From Psammoneis japonica (lineage: Eukaryota), in NCBI GenBank assembly GCA_008632985.1, contig QPGO01000033.1, positions 434,001-498,000 of the forward strand: a stretch of 64,000 bases of DNA, given 5' to 3'. Of the stretch, positions 49,201-61,023 are shown in pieces. The notes below the pieces were generated by a model. That model had not been told where the DNA came from. It saw only the letters and a program-made list of their open reading frames with translations, and did no database searches. The stretch's first letter is position 1. The number at the start of each line of letters is the position of its first letter. The translations under genes and the position numbers were made by a program.

Positions 49201-52200
49201 TGTCCGAGTCTTCGGAATCACTCAAGTTGAGGTCGCGGAAGTGATTGAGCTCCTCCTCGCGGGCCTTGCGCTTTTTCTGAGCGTTGGCAAAGCACTCCTC
49301 GACCTTCAATCCGATGAGAGCATCAACATCTTCCTCATTCCGAGGTTTTGTGTCAGGCTTGCCGCCTCCGTCATTGGAATGTCCAGTCTTGACACGTTTC
49401 ACGTGGTGCTTGAGCTGACGGCAATCTTCCGCATCATGTCCACAGCCAGTCCCGTGCAGCATGCACGACTTCTGGGTGTTCCGCTGGGTCGTGATCAATG
49501 ACTCAGGATTGTCTGTTCTACGTCCCCGCTTGCGTGGAACCTCAGCACGTTGGTCCTGGTTACCTTCGGCAAGCTCGACCTGCTCGATGCGCTTGCAGAA
49601 CTGTGCAAATTCGGCGACAGCATGCGCCAACGGGTCAAAATTCTGTAGCGTCATGAACTTCTGCCATGCGTTCGGCGCACCGCACTCGAACATGTCGCAT
49701 GGTTCGTCATCAGGCAATGGTGCCGGTGTTTCTCCATCCTCCATCACGGGTGGAAACTGAGAGACACAGCTGTTAATTTCAACAGCCCTCGCGACGTGGT
49801 CACGAGCAGAAACCTCTGCGGGCTTGCGCATGAAGCGCCGCAGACAACGCTTCTGCAACAGTGCCGCCCCATGTGGGAAGACACTTTCCTTTAGCTTCGC
49901 GACGCATGCTGCGTGCGCAGCGTTGGTTTGGGATGCCTGCTTGTCAGCGGCATTGTCAAATGACGTCAGAGCATCGCCCTGTGGTGGGTCACGCATGAGG
50001 GCAAATTTCGCTGGCCCGGTCGTGATGTTTTGTCCTTCGTGCACGCGATCCACGTTGCGCAGAAAGATCAGGAGTGTCTCGCATGTAGCCGCAGAAAGGT
50101 GCGGGATGCCCATCTCGTGCGTTGGACCATCCGGATCAGTGGGGTTGTTACGCAGCTTGAACGTCTGGTGCTCACCCTGCTGCAGCTCTTTCTTCTCCGG
50201 CCATGCGAACGGAATCGGCGGCTCAACCCACTTCTTCATGGTCGTTTTAAGATTTGTCGGTCCCACCAACATTTCGTAGTTTCATTTCTGCAGATTTCGT
50301 CACCTCGCACAACATGCGGGAGCAACATTGCTGTGCCCTGTGCATGCACCAGGCGCTGAAAAAGAAGATGTGTTGCGACTTTGTCATTGTGAAAATTGTG
50401 AGCTAGTTTAGAGCAGAGAAAATGGGATCGTGTGAACAGGGAATCTTGCCAAATCCCCATTCGTTCGCATTTGGATCGCATCAAATCGATCGTGCGTTCG
50501 CATTGTGGATCGTGTGAATCAAGCCATCACGCGCCATGCACGAGTGATGTCATCGTGTGGAATCATGCTGCCATCGTGGGCCAGACGACGGGTTGGTGTG
50601 CTTCACATGGATGCTCTCTTGGCATCCTTCTGGAATTGCCTGAGACCTGGAGCCACGCCCTCCTGTGGTCGTGCTTCCCAGGCACGTGTTGACAACACTG
50701 CGTTGCCACGTGCAAGAGGCTTGTGCACGGTCTCGCCGTGTTGTCCAGCAGCGAGGCATGCTGCACACGGCAGCAGTTCACCATGCCAACAAATGAGCGC
50801 AGGTCGCGTTTGTTGGTTGGGGTTGCGATTCACTTGATGGCGTCGACTTTGCCAGGCATTGGTCGCATTCCGTCTCTGTTGGCCAGATGACCCAAGCACT
50901 CTAATTGGGTTTGACAGAAGTGAGATTTAGTTGTGTTGACTTTTGGTCCTGCTTTCTGGACCCTCAATGAAACTTCTTCAAGTTTGTTGAGGTGATCTTC
51001 ACAGGTGCCTTTCGTCACGACGAGAAGGTCATCTGAGTGCGTTCGAACGAACGACAGATCTTCAAATGAGCCTGACATGCGTTCTTGGAAAATGTCTGGT
51101 GATTGCATGGTCCCATGGGCAATGCCTGCATCTCACACTTGCCCCACGGGAAGATGAGCGTGCAGAGCTTCTTGCCATCAGCATCCAATCGGACATGACA
51201 ACAGCCCACATTTAAATCCAGCGATGCAGCCCACATGAAGCCTTCGAGCTCAAGTGGCACATCTTGGATGTGAGGAATCGGACAAGGCAATCGCTTGATT
51301 CGTTTATTCAGCGCTCTCAAATCATTGACAAAGCGTGCCGTTAAATCTTTCTTCGGCATGATAAATGATGGAGCTGCCCATTGGGATCGGTTAACGCGTT
51401 TGAGAACACCGACACGCACCAGGCGTTCTACTTCTTTACGTAGCGTAGCTTCGTACGCACGAGGTGCTTTATACGGACGAGCGTGGCATGGTTCTACACC
51501 CTCCTTAAGTTGGATATGGTAGGGTTCTCCCTTCCATTCTCCTAATGTCCCATCAAATAAGGACTCATGGCGCTTCAATAGTGCCAAAAGGTCGTTTTGT
51601 TGAACCACAGAAAATTCTATTGCCCCTCGCGTTATGTCCTCGAGGCAGGCCGGCGCGTGCTTAGCGTCTAAAATACGCGAAATCCGGTCGGTTTCCGTAG
51701 ACAAGGCTTCTGGATCTTGAAGATAGAAGGAGGTTTCTACCGTAGCATCTACGTGCCTCATTGGCACTTCTCCATTGACTAATGGCCACTCTATCATCTG
51801 TTTAGAGAAGACAATGTCAATGCCTTGTGTCTCCAGAATGTCACGTCCAATAATCATGTCGTACTTGCCCAACTTTCCGTTGTGTACGTGGACGGCATGT
51901 TTAAGTTCTCCAGTTTCGAATGATTCTGGTAGCCGAAATTTAACGGTGCAGTCGTTAGACGTGCTGAACGAGCCTGCTGCCGTGGTCCAGTTTGTCTCAG
52001 CCGTTGAATGGCTTCGCAGACGTTTGCAGTGTCGACTGTCGAGTAGAGCACTGCTGGCGCCACTGTCCAGTGGTGCTTTAATGGTTTGAGTCTTGCCCTT
52101 GCCATGTTTGGCATTCACAGCTGCAAACAAGATTGGAGTGAGATGAGTCTTTTTAACTCGTTTGTTGGGATTGGCCCACAACAAGTGTACGATGGCAATT

Positions 52201-53754
52201 CAGTTGTTCATTGATGCATTCATCCAATGCACCAAAGCTGCCTGTGTCGTGTCGGCAAGTGTCCGAGTCTTCGGAGTCACTTGGGTTGAGTTCGCGGAAG
52301 TGATTGAGCTCCTCCTCGTGCACCTTGCGCTTTTTCTGAGCATTGGCAAAGAACTCCTCGACCTTCGATCCGATGAGAGCATTGATGTTTTCCTCATTCC
52401 GAGGTTTTGCACCAGGCTTGCTGCCTCTGTCACTGGAATGTCCAGTCTTGACACGTTTCACGTGGGTGCTCAGTTGGGTCGTGATCAACGACTCAGAATT
52501 GTCCGTTCTACGTCCCCGCTTGCGTGGAACCTTGGCATGTTGGTCCAGGTTACCTTCGGCAAGCTCGACCTGCTCGATGCACTCGCAGAACTGCACAAAT
52601 TCGGCGACAGCATGCGCCAACGGGTCAAAATTCTGTGGCGTCATGAACTTCTGCCATGCGTTCAGCACACCGCACTCGAACACATCACACAGTTCGTCAT
52701 CAGGCAATGGTGCCGGTGCTTCTCCATCCTCCGTCACGGGTGGAAACTGAGAGATGTGGCCATTGATTTCAACAGCCCTCGCGACACAGTCACGAGCAGA
52801 AACCTCTGCGGGCTTGCACATGAAGCGCCTCAGACAACGCTTCTGCAATGGCACCGCCCCATGTGGGAAGATGCTTTCCTTTAGCTTCGCGACGCATGCT
52901 GCGCACGCAGCGTTGGTTTGGGATGCCTGCTTGTCAGCGGCATTCTTGAATGACGTCAGAGCATCGCCCTGCAGCAGGTCACGCACAAGGGCAAATTTCG
53001 CTGGCCCGGTCGTCATGTTTTGTCCTTCATGCATGCGATCCACGTTGCGCAGAAAGATTGGGAGTGTCTCGCATGCAGCCGTGGAAAGGTGCGGAATGCC
53101 CATCTCGTGCGTTGGACCATCCGGATCAGCAGGGTTGTTACGCAGCTTGAATGTCTGGTGCTCGCCCTGCTGCAGCTCTTTCTTCTGCGGCCATGCGAAC
53201 GGAGTCGGCGGCTCAACCCGCTTCTTCATGGTCGTTTTGAGATTTGTCGGTCCTGCCAACATTTCGTAGTTTCGTTTCTGCAGATTTCGTTGCCTCGCAC
53301 AACATGCGGGAGCAATGTTGCTGTGCCCTGTGCATGTGCTGGGCGCTGAAAAAGAAGATGTGTTGCGACTTTGTCGTTGTGAAAATTGTGAGCTGGTTCA
53401 GAGCAGAGAAAGTGGGATCGTGCAAACAGGGAATCTTGCCAAATCCCTGTTCGTTCGCATTTGGATCGCATCAAATTGATCATGCACTCGCATTGTGGAT
53501 CGTGTGAATCAAGCCATCACGCGCTGTGCACGAGTGATGTCATCGTGTGGAATCATGCCACCATCGTGGGCCAGACGACGGCCAGTGTGCTTCACACGGA
53601 TGCTCTCTTAGCATCCTTCTGGAATTGCCTGAGACCCAGAGCAACGCCCTCCTGTGGTCGTGCTTCCCAGGTGCGTGTTGACAACACTATGTTGCCACGT
53701 GCAAGAGGCTCATGCACGGTCTCGCCGTGTTGTCCAGTGGCAAGGCACACTGCA
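43267..53754 (-). mobile_element. Ty3/Gypsy LTR retrotransposon, outer copy
   Basis: ~432-bp LTRs 43267-43698 and 53324-53754; TSD GATT; gag 52153-53262, PR (LDSGAS) and RT ~50770-52180, RH 44763-45489, IN 43730-44727; PPT catgggggagtg. Confidence 0.93.
45490..50765 (-). mobile_element. Ty3/Gypsy LTR retrotransposon, inner copy of the same family
   Basis: LTRs 45490-45921 and 50334-50765; TSD CACG; gag 49196-50272, PR-RT-RH 46898-49159 (LDSGAS, HLDDLL, DASK, ERELLAIVE), IN ~45950-46900. Confidence 0.93.
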
Positions 53755-55431
53755 GATTGCCTCCAGATTCCTCGAGTTTCATTTTGTCGAAGGCTCCCAC
53801 AACCCAGCTGACATCCTCAGCAAGCATTGGGGTCACTCCCAAGTCTGGAACCTCCTTCATCCTCTGGTGTTTTGGAACTTCGACCCCGAGGCTTTCAACC
53901 AATCCAACTTTGAATCTGTCGCTGTTGACCCCTCGAGCAAACTGGGGAGTGACAGGATTCGAACAAGATTTTGGTTTGTCACACATGATTGTGTGTGCTC
54001 TCAGTTCTGCGCGCGTCGTGCGATGCAGTTTGCTTTCAAGCCACACGGCTCACAAGAACAATGACAGCAGCGCTGACATCACCACACCAGTCTTTCGGCT
54101 CCTGTGATGGTCTCTGCACGGAGACTCATCGCCATTTAGACAGCAGCAAGGAGTTGTTGTTTTCTTCCACCCAGTCATCTTCATTTTCTGTCAAGTCCCA
54201 CCCAGGACTGGAGCCCGTCTCTGTTGTTGTGGCAAGCATTGTCGTCATTGGACATGGTCATTTTTGCTGTGCTTGTTTCATTGTGGTCGTGCATGCAACT
54301 GATGGCACTTTTTGTTTTGGTGCAGTTGCATCATGGTCACCCCAGCTTTTTTGTGACAAGAAGCACAGAATGAGATGGGGACACGGAAAGAACTGATGCA
54401 ATGCACGGGGGGTTCTGTGAAAACCTGCAGTGCACCACTTCACTTGTGTGCATCCTCCATCAGCACAATGACAACAGGATGCAGATGGAGTGTTGAAATG
54501 GCGATGGCGAGTTCAGCGACAAGTGTTGCAGACATGCCAACAAGGATGGGAGCACGACAGCTGGCATTCAACACATGCGGGGCCAGTGCGACAGGGTGGC
54601 TGGCATTCAACACTGCACAACAGGGTGGACAGCATTTGAAAGCTGGAGCACCAGCACTTGACATGATGTGGCAGAGAGCAGCACTCAACAGCCGCCAGTG
54701 GCGGCATTTAACGTGATGCGATGGATGGCATTCAATGCAATGCAGCAGCTGGTGTTTGACAGCCAGTGTTTGATGCAATGCAATGGCTGGAGCTCCCCAA
54801 CAGTTTGCTGCATCAGAGGGCGCAACACAGCGATCTTGCTTTGTCTTTTCATTGTGATTTTTGTCTCTTTGACAGATGAAATTTTTGTGGTTTCAAACCT
54901 CATCAGTTGTGTGGCTGGCAAAAAAATTCAATCTATGACAGTCAATTTTTTCAACTGTGGAGACATCTTTTCATCTGCAAGAACAAACCCCGACTGTGCA
55001 AACGTCCCCCTCTTTTCCCATTTGGCATGTGCCTTTGTTCAATGTGACAGCTGACAATCAACATCATTGTCAATTTTCACATCATGTGACAGTTTTGCAA
55101 TTTAAAGGGATGAACACAATGAACCCAGTCAACTCTTTGCAATCAACCAAGACGCATCGCTGCAGCTTTTTAACATTTTTTGTCAATCAATGCTCAATCA
55201 ATGCCAAGTTGATGCTGCAGTCCTGGTCGTCCTACATTTCCAATTTGCTCACACACTGGATTCTCATTTCCTCCGCTTCCGTCACTGTCTTCCTGGCCAG
55301 CTTCGTCTTCCTCCTCATCTTCTCTGCCACCTGGTGTCTCCGTTGCTTCATTGTCCTCCTCGTCGTCACTAGAAAGTTCCAATGTTGCCTGCGTTCTCGT
55401 CTCCGTTTTTGCTGGCTCTTGAGTGGTTCTC

Positions 55432-55827
55432 GATGGGTTCCAGTCCCAGGTGGGACTTTTTGTGACATTGGGCCCGCAGAATTCTACGTGCGAGCTCCGC
55501 AGCAAAATTGTTGAGCAATGTACATGTGAATGATCGCCAACAGAAAAAGAGGCAATTTTGCAAACGCATCTCCTCCTCCACACTTGAAGTGCATTCTTTA
55601 CAGTGTGCCCGGGTGCATTCTTTAGACATTAAAGAACACACCCAGCGCATTTTCATTGACGTGAGTGCAGATGACAGAAAGCCTTTGGCTTCGCAAAACA
55701 GGAAGTGTGGAACAATTTTTTACAACAGAACATGCAGAAATGTACGTGCGAAACATGCGACGGATGACAAAAAACAATTGTGTCACAGTTCAGCAGTGCG
55801 AGGTCCCACCTGGAGCTGGAACACGTC
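55432..55827 (+). mobile_element. MITE copy, subfamily A
   Basis: GATGGGTTCCAGTCCCAGGTGGGAC...GTCCCACCTGGAGCTGGAACACGTC; flanks TCTC/TCTT (one mismatch). Confidence 0.87.
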
Positions 55828-55829
55828 TC

Positions 55830-56860
55830 TTGCCTTTTTTCCCTTTTCTTCGCTCTCCTTTTTCTTTTCGTCTGTGTGCCACATGTCGAAATGCACACCG
55901 TGCTCTCTCGCCCTGTCTTCCTTTGCCTCCTTTGGCAAATCGTTGAAGCGCACTGTTCCTTCATCCTTCCAAGAGTCACGCTGTTGCGACAGGTCCGTGT
56001 GCAATGGAGCCGGTTTTTTCTCTTCGCTCCCTTCCTCATCTAACTCCTGCATCTTCTTGTGCTCCCAAACCTTCCAGCAGTTTTCCATCATCAACAGGGC
56101 CAGTGCCTTGTCGCTTGCAGCAGCCAGATCTGTGGCCTTGGTGCTTCCGGACTCTGCCATCCTCCTCCACATTGCAGTGCTCTTCGTGAATTTCAGGACA
56201 TTGTCGTAGAACCATGCGCGTGCCTCTCTGTCCTTTCGCTTCTCCATCACAATTGTGTCCACTGTCCCATCCTCCCAAGTCGCAATGAACTCTTCCTCAA
56301 TGTCAGCTTCATCCTGTTTCCGCTTTTTTGTGGATCTCTTCTTCCCTGCTTCTTTCTTTTTTTTTTCTTGGATTTCCTCTGCTTGTTTTTCTGTTGCAAC
56401 GACTTTAGAAAAACGAGCAATTCATCAGTGGCACCACTTTCTATTTTCGCTTCGGAAATGCTCCACTCCTCCCCACTTGCCACTCATCGCACTCCTCATT
56501 GTTGTCTGACACACGGTGTTTCTTTTCACGTTGATCGCATTGAGCACGCCTTTTTTAGCCCAGTCCTCCCATGATCCCGCCCACCCACGCTTGCCGAACT
56601 TGCCATCTGCTGTGTTTTTGCACATTGGCCGTGACACCTTGCCACCACTCGCCATGTCCGCCTTCATGAGGAATTTCGCCTTTGGGAACAGCTCTCTCCG
56701 TGCCACCTCTTCCACCTCTCTCTTCAGTGACTTGTGATCTGCCGCAGCCCCCGTCTGCTGCAATGCCGCCACAAGCCTCGGGCTGTGGGGCACTCCCTCT
56801 GCCCCTGCAGCATCCGTCTTAGCCGCTTTCTTCCTCCTTCCCATCGCCCTCGACTCATTG
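55830..56860 (-). pseudogene. Decayed, probably transposon-associated ORF of unknown family
   Basis: Coherent fragments in successive frames (RRELFPKAKF..AINVKRN, REARAWFYDNVLKF..SDKALALLMMENCW); TpA-depleted; bracketed by MITEs. Confidence 0.45.
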
Positions 56861-56927
56861 TGTCGCTGTCAGTTCCTCCTGTCTGCAGCTGTGTGGTGCA
56901 ACAGCTCTTCTGAGGAAAATTGTCTTT

Positions 56928-57324
56928 GATGGGTTCCAGTCCCAGGTGGGACTCCGTGTGACATTGGGCCCGCAGAATTCTGTGTGCGAGCTCCGCAGCA
57001 AATTTGTGCTGCAATGAAAATGTGGATGATCGCCAACAGAAAAAGAGGCAATTTTACGAACGCATCTCCTCCTTCATGCTTGGAGCACATCATTGACAGT
57101 TTGCCCGGGTGCGTTCTTCAGACATTGAAGAACACACCCAGCGCACTTTCATTCTCACAAATGTTGAAAATGGAAAGCCTTTGGCTTCGCAAAACAGGGA
57201 GCATGAAACAATTTCGTAGAATGTCACATGTAGAAATGTGCGCGCGCAACATGCGATGCGATCCAAAAAACTGTTGATGTCACAGTTCAGCAGTGCGAGG
57301 TCCCACCTGGAGCTGGAATGCATC
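56928..57324 (+). mobile_element. MITE copy, subfamily A
   Basis: Same TIRs; TSD CTTT at 56924-56927 and 57325-57328. Confidence 0.9.
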
Positions 57325-57599
57325 CTTTGCAAAATTTCAAACCTGTTCCCAACACTTTATGGCGATGCTGCTTCCCCATCCTCATGCATTGTCAACTGTC
57401 AAATCTTTCCCAAATCATCACAATTGGTGATTTTTGTCATTTGACTTTGAAAACCACACACTTGGTCATGTTCATTTCAGCTCAAGTGACCAGTTGTTCA
57501 ATTTGAATTGCACAATTAAATGTCAATGACAATTTTGACATGCAACTGGATCACTGCATTTGAAACTTTCAATTGTGCAGAATCACACATGAACATTGA

Positions 57600-59300
57600 T
57601 CACTGCAGGTCAGAAGTTCACATCCATGCTCCATGCGCACTCCAACAGAAACACGGTGCCAAAAACGATCTCCAGTCCAATTCTTCCATCGCATCCTCCT
57701 CTAAATGGACAATGACAAAATCGCTGCACCTCCCCTCGTGTGAGTGATCAGTCATGCGATCAAACGCGCTGGTCACCTCACTGACACACCCAATGAAACG
57801 CTCGACGTGATTGCAACGAATCGTTTCCTTTTTCATTTTTAGACATTGTCTCTGTAGTCTCCTGTCCTTTTCATTGTCACAACAGCCGAAGGACCCCCCA
57901 CCCAAGCCCATTTTCTCGATTTTTTCCAAGATCCAACCATTGACCTTCCCAGGTGTCAATTCAAAGAACTCCAATTCATCACACCGCCACAACCTGCAAG
58001 GTGCGTCTCGCTTTGCTTGTCGCTCAAACAAATGCGCTGGCTTCCTTGCATCAAACACGACGCCCTTTCGGTCCACAACCAGTTTGTGCACATCTCCTGA
58101 ACCGTTGTCCAATGCGAGCAGTCCGCAATTCCTGCTTTGGTCCATTCCACATGTGGGCAAGCTGAGGGTTGATTCCCTGCTTGACGAATCAACATCTTGC
58201 TTGTCAATCACCAGACGAAGCTCGCCCTCCCTTGATCCAGCTGCAAACTCATCAAACAGCTCATCGCTTGGGTCGTTTGACCAACCGCTTGCCGCGTGCT
58301 GTTCTCCCTGCCTCTCCGGGTGCGTTGCTAGCAAGCTCCAATGCTGGCGTGTTTTGTGAGCATTCCTTGCTCACTTGATGATCAAACTTGAATGCTCGTC
58401 CTTGTCGTGAATGGAGAACATGGCCTGTGTGGCGTGCATGCATTCCCTCACTTCCCTGGTCCATTCATGCATGTTCTCATGCACCCAGGCTCATGATGTT
58501 GTATTTGGTTTCCCACAGTTCCTTCCATTTCTCCTTGATGGTCCGTTCATCTCTTTCCATGATCATCAAATGAATCGCCCAAATTTCTTTGACATCTGCG
58601 GGCTCTCCGCCCAAGTCACCGCGCGCAACTTTGCTGCACGAGCCAATTAAACTGCACATGTCCATGCAGTCTCTTCACAAGTGGGGGTTGTTGGATGGTT
58701 CCTTCCTGCCGGTGCCCAACCATCGACCTGGCTCTTTTTTGGCTGTGCTGCAGTCCGCCTCCATCTTTTCCTCTTTTGCTTCTTGTCCCATGCTCTCCAC
58801 CTCAGCCAGTTTCGTCCAGCAGTCATCAGGCCAGCGTGCCAGCAACAAATCGTTCTGGACAATGGAAGCCATGGTGCAACTGCAGGTCACTCGCATGGCT
58901 GTTGTGGCACAACGTGTGTTGTTTTTGATGCACTGACACTGCCCCAATGGTGGAACTGACGGACGTGGAACAACGCGTGCCTTTTCACTGCGCGTGCAAG
59001 TTGAAGAATTGACAGTGAGTGGCGGTCACAAAATGTTCCAAAGACTGTGTTCCAACTCACTCTTCCCTTTCCGTTGGCAATTTTTGCATTCTCATTCACC
59101 ATGCAACACGAAAGTGTTCAATTGTCCCAACGCATTCTTTTGACAGGCAACTGCAAAAGCATCCATCAATGCAAAAAAATCAATGATCACCGTTTTCGTG
59201 CCAATTTCGTGTCTTGTTTCCCGCCAACCCTCGCAACACACATGCCTTCCACATGACCAAACCTCAGCCGCAACCATTCGCACAATTGTTCTCGCCGGTC
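57600..59300 (-). pseudogene. Decayed coding remnant in the repeat block, unassigned
   Basis: Chain of frameshifted minus-strand ORFs with protein-like composition and almost no Tyr; no motif recognised. Confidence 0.35.
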
Positions 59301-59331
59301 CTTTGCTGCTTCTTTCCACCAAAACACCAAA

Positions 59332-61000
59332 ATGGAACTTCCTCAGTCCAAAAACAAGGGTGAAGAAGCAACCACCTGTCCCTGTTGCCATCGCTCCTTC
59401 CAGCACATGCTCGGTCACTTAAATCGCAATCCACAATGTCTCTCTGTCGCTTGCGAATTGTCCAACTTGGCATCACAAGGTGCACCGGGACCCAACTTGT
59501 CACCCGATGCTTGTGTCAAAGTGGTTGGAAGGTGGAGCAACTCTGGGAATGCAAATTTGCATTCAATGGCTTCTCGGGGACTCGATTCTTCCTCGTCATC
59601 CAACAACACCTCCACACATGGATTGAGACAATCAAGATGAGGGGCCTCCATTTCCAATGCCCGCATGGCTGGTTCTGCCCCTTCGTTTGAACCACCTTCT
59701 GATGCTCCATGGTCACCAGCCTTCGAAGACAACATGTCCCCTCTCTCCTCCATTTGTGGCCCGGACGACAGTTGCCTCATGTCACTGGAGATGCTTTCAG
59801 ACAAAAGCAGATGCGTTCCAGCCCTGGGTGGGACTCCGTGTGACATTGGGCCCGTGGAATTCATGTGCAAGCTCCGTAGTACGAGAATTTAATCAATGGA
59901 CACATTTGTCTTCAACATCAAATGAACGGCCAAGTTTGTGGTGCAATTGTGCCTCTCACCACTCAACGTTTTTGCAATTGCACCTGCCCCACGCGATTCT
60001 TAAGACAGTGTGGAATCGCGCTGTGACAAAAAATGTCAAAAGTTTTTGGACGGATCGCTCAATGAGTGTGCCGTAAAATGACACAAAATGTCAAAAAATC
60101 ACGTAGAATTCTACGTGCGCGACATGCGACGAGATTCAAAAAACCATCGATGTCACAGTTCAGCAGTGCGAGGTCCCACCTAGACCTGGAACGCAACAGC
60201 AGCAACACAGAAGCAAACTCTTTCGCCGTGCTGCCGGACGTCACCATGGATGTTCCAGACAGCAATGTAACGGATGACACGCAAGCATCCCAAGGGAACA
60301 TTTCCTCTCTGTTGGATGACAGCGGATTGGGCAACATCTGCCAACACCCCGCCGAGGCAGCCTTTGCCGGCTTGTCGTCATTGAGCAACCTGAACGGGGC
60401 CTGTGTGGAGTTGAGCAAGCTGACAGATGACTGTAGAGCGCCGCTCCACCTGTGCAACGACATTGTGGGATTTGTCGAAAGACATTGCGGCACCACATTC
60501 AAGTTTGGGACCAAAACACCTCGTCACAGCAAGCTGATGGAAACTCTTTCCAAATCGTTCCCCGGACCTGAACAAGAGATGATGCCGGTCAATCTGGAAA
60601 CTCCAAGTGGCGAACAGGGAGAGAAAACTGCAATGGCTCCAAGATGGAACTTCCAAGAGGTGTGGGAATCACACATGCTTGACACTTGCACGTGGGCTGA
60701 CAAAAGCAATCTTGCAGACACACACAATCCTTTCAGCATGTGCGTTGCCAAGGGCTCGGATGACAAATGTGTCTTGCCTGGAGAGTGGTGCAGGAGCACG
60801 CACTTGGCTAGAGTCAAGGATCCGCTGAAACAGTTCTTGGAATGTTTGACAGTTTGTGCAGACAAGACGGGACAGACAGCTTCGATGGGGTCTTCTTGCG
60901 GAGAACCTGTGACAGTGACCTCTGTGCATGTTGCCTTCAAACAGTGGCACAACAAAGCCAAGTGGAGAGTTCTTGGATGCATTCCTGATGTCGTTTTCAC
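59332..61000 (+). pseudogene. Decayed Plavaka-like transposase fragment interrupted by a MITE
   Basis: CPCCHRSF..LGHLNRNPQC zinc-finger-like start, then PGEWC, VCADKTG, GEPVTVT, WRVLGCIPD; restoring C to Y gives WY, YADKT and WRxLGYIP as I recall them from Plavaka-type proteins. Confidence 0.55.
59810..60197 (+). mobile_element. MITE copy, subfamily B
   Basis: GATGCGTTCCAGCCCTGGGTGGGAC...GTCCCACCTAGACCTGGAACGCAAC; TSD AGCA at 59806-59809 and 60198-60201. Confidence 0.9.
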
Positions 61001-61023
61001 AAAGCTGAGTCAAGTCAAGAATG

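Larger units (their letters stand above)
36866..54193 (+). mobile_element. Ty1/Copia (CoDi-like) element 2, interrupted by Gypsy insertions
   Basis: LTRs 36866-37110 and 53950-54193; TSD AGTCC at 36861-36865 and 54194-54198; frameshifted gag-pol ~37920-43266 resuming at 53755 (NPADILSKHWG); PPT aactggggag before 53950; homologous to element 1. Confidence 0.93.

Noticed and set aside
55432..57324. MITE as Tc1/mariner type with mutated TA target duplications
   Set aside because: The TG/CA/CG next to the core repeat belong to a longer TIR (GACG..CGTC); 4-bp direct repeats lie outside it.
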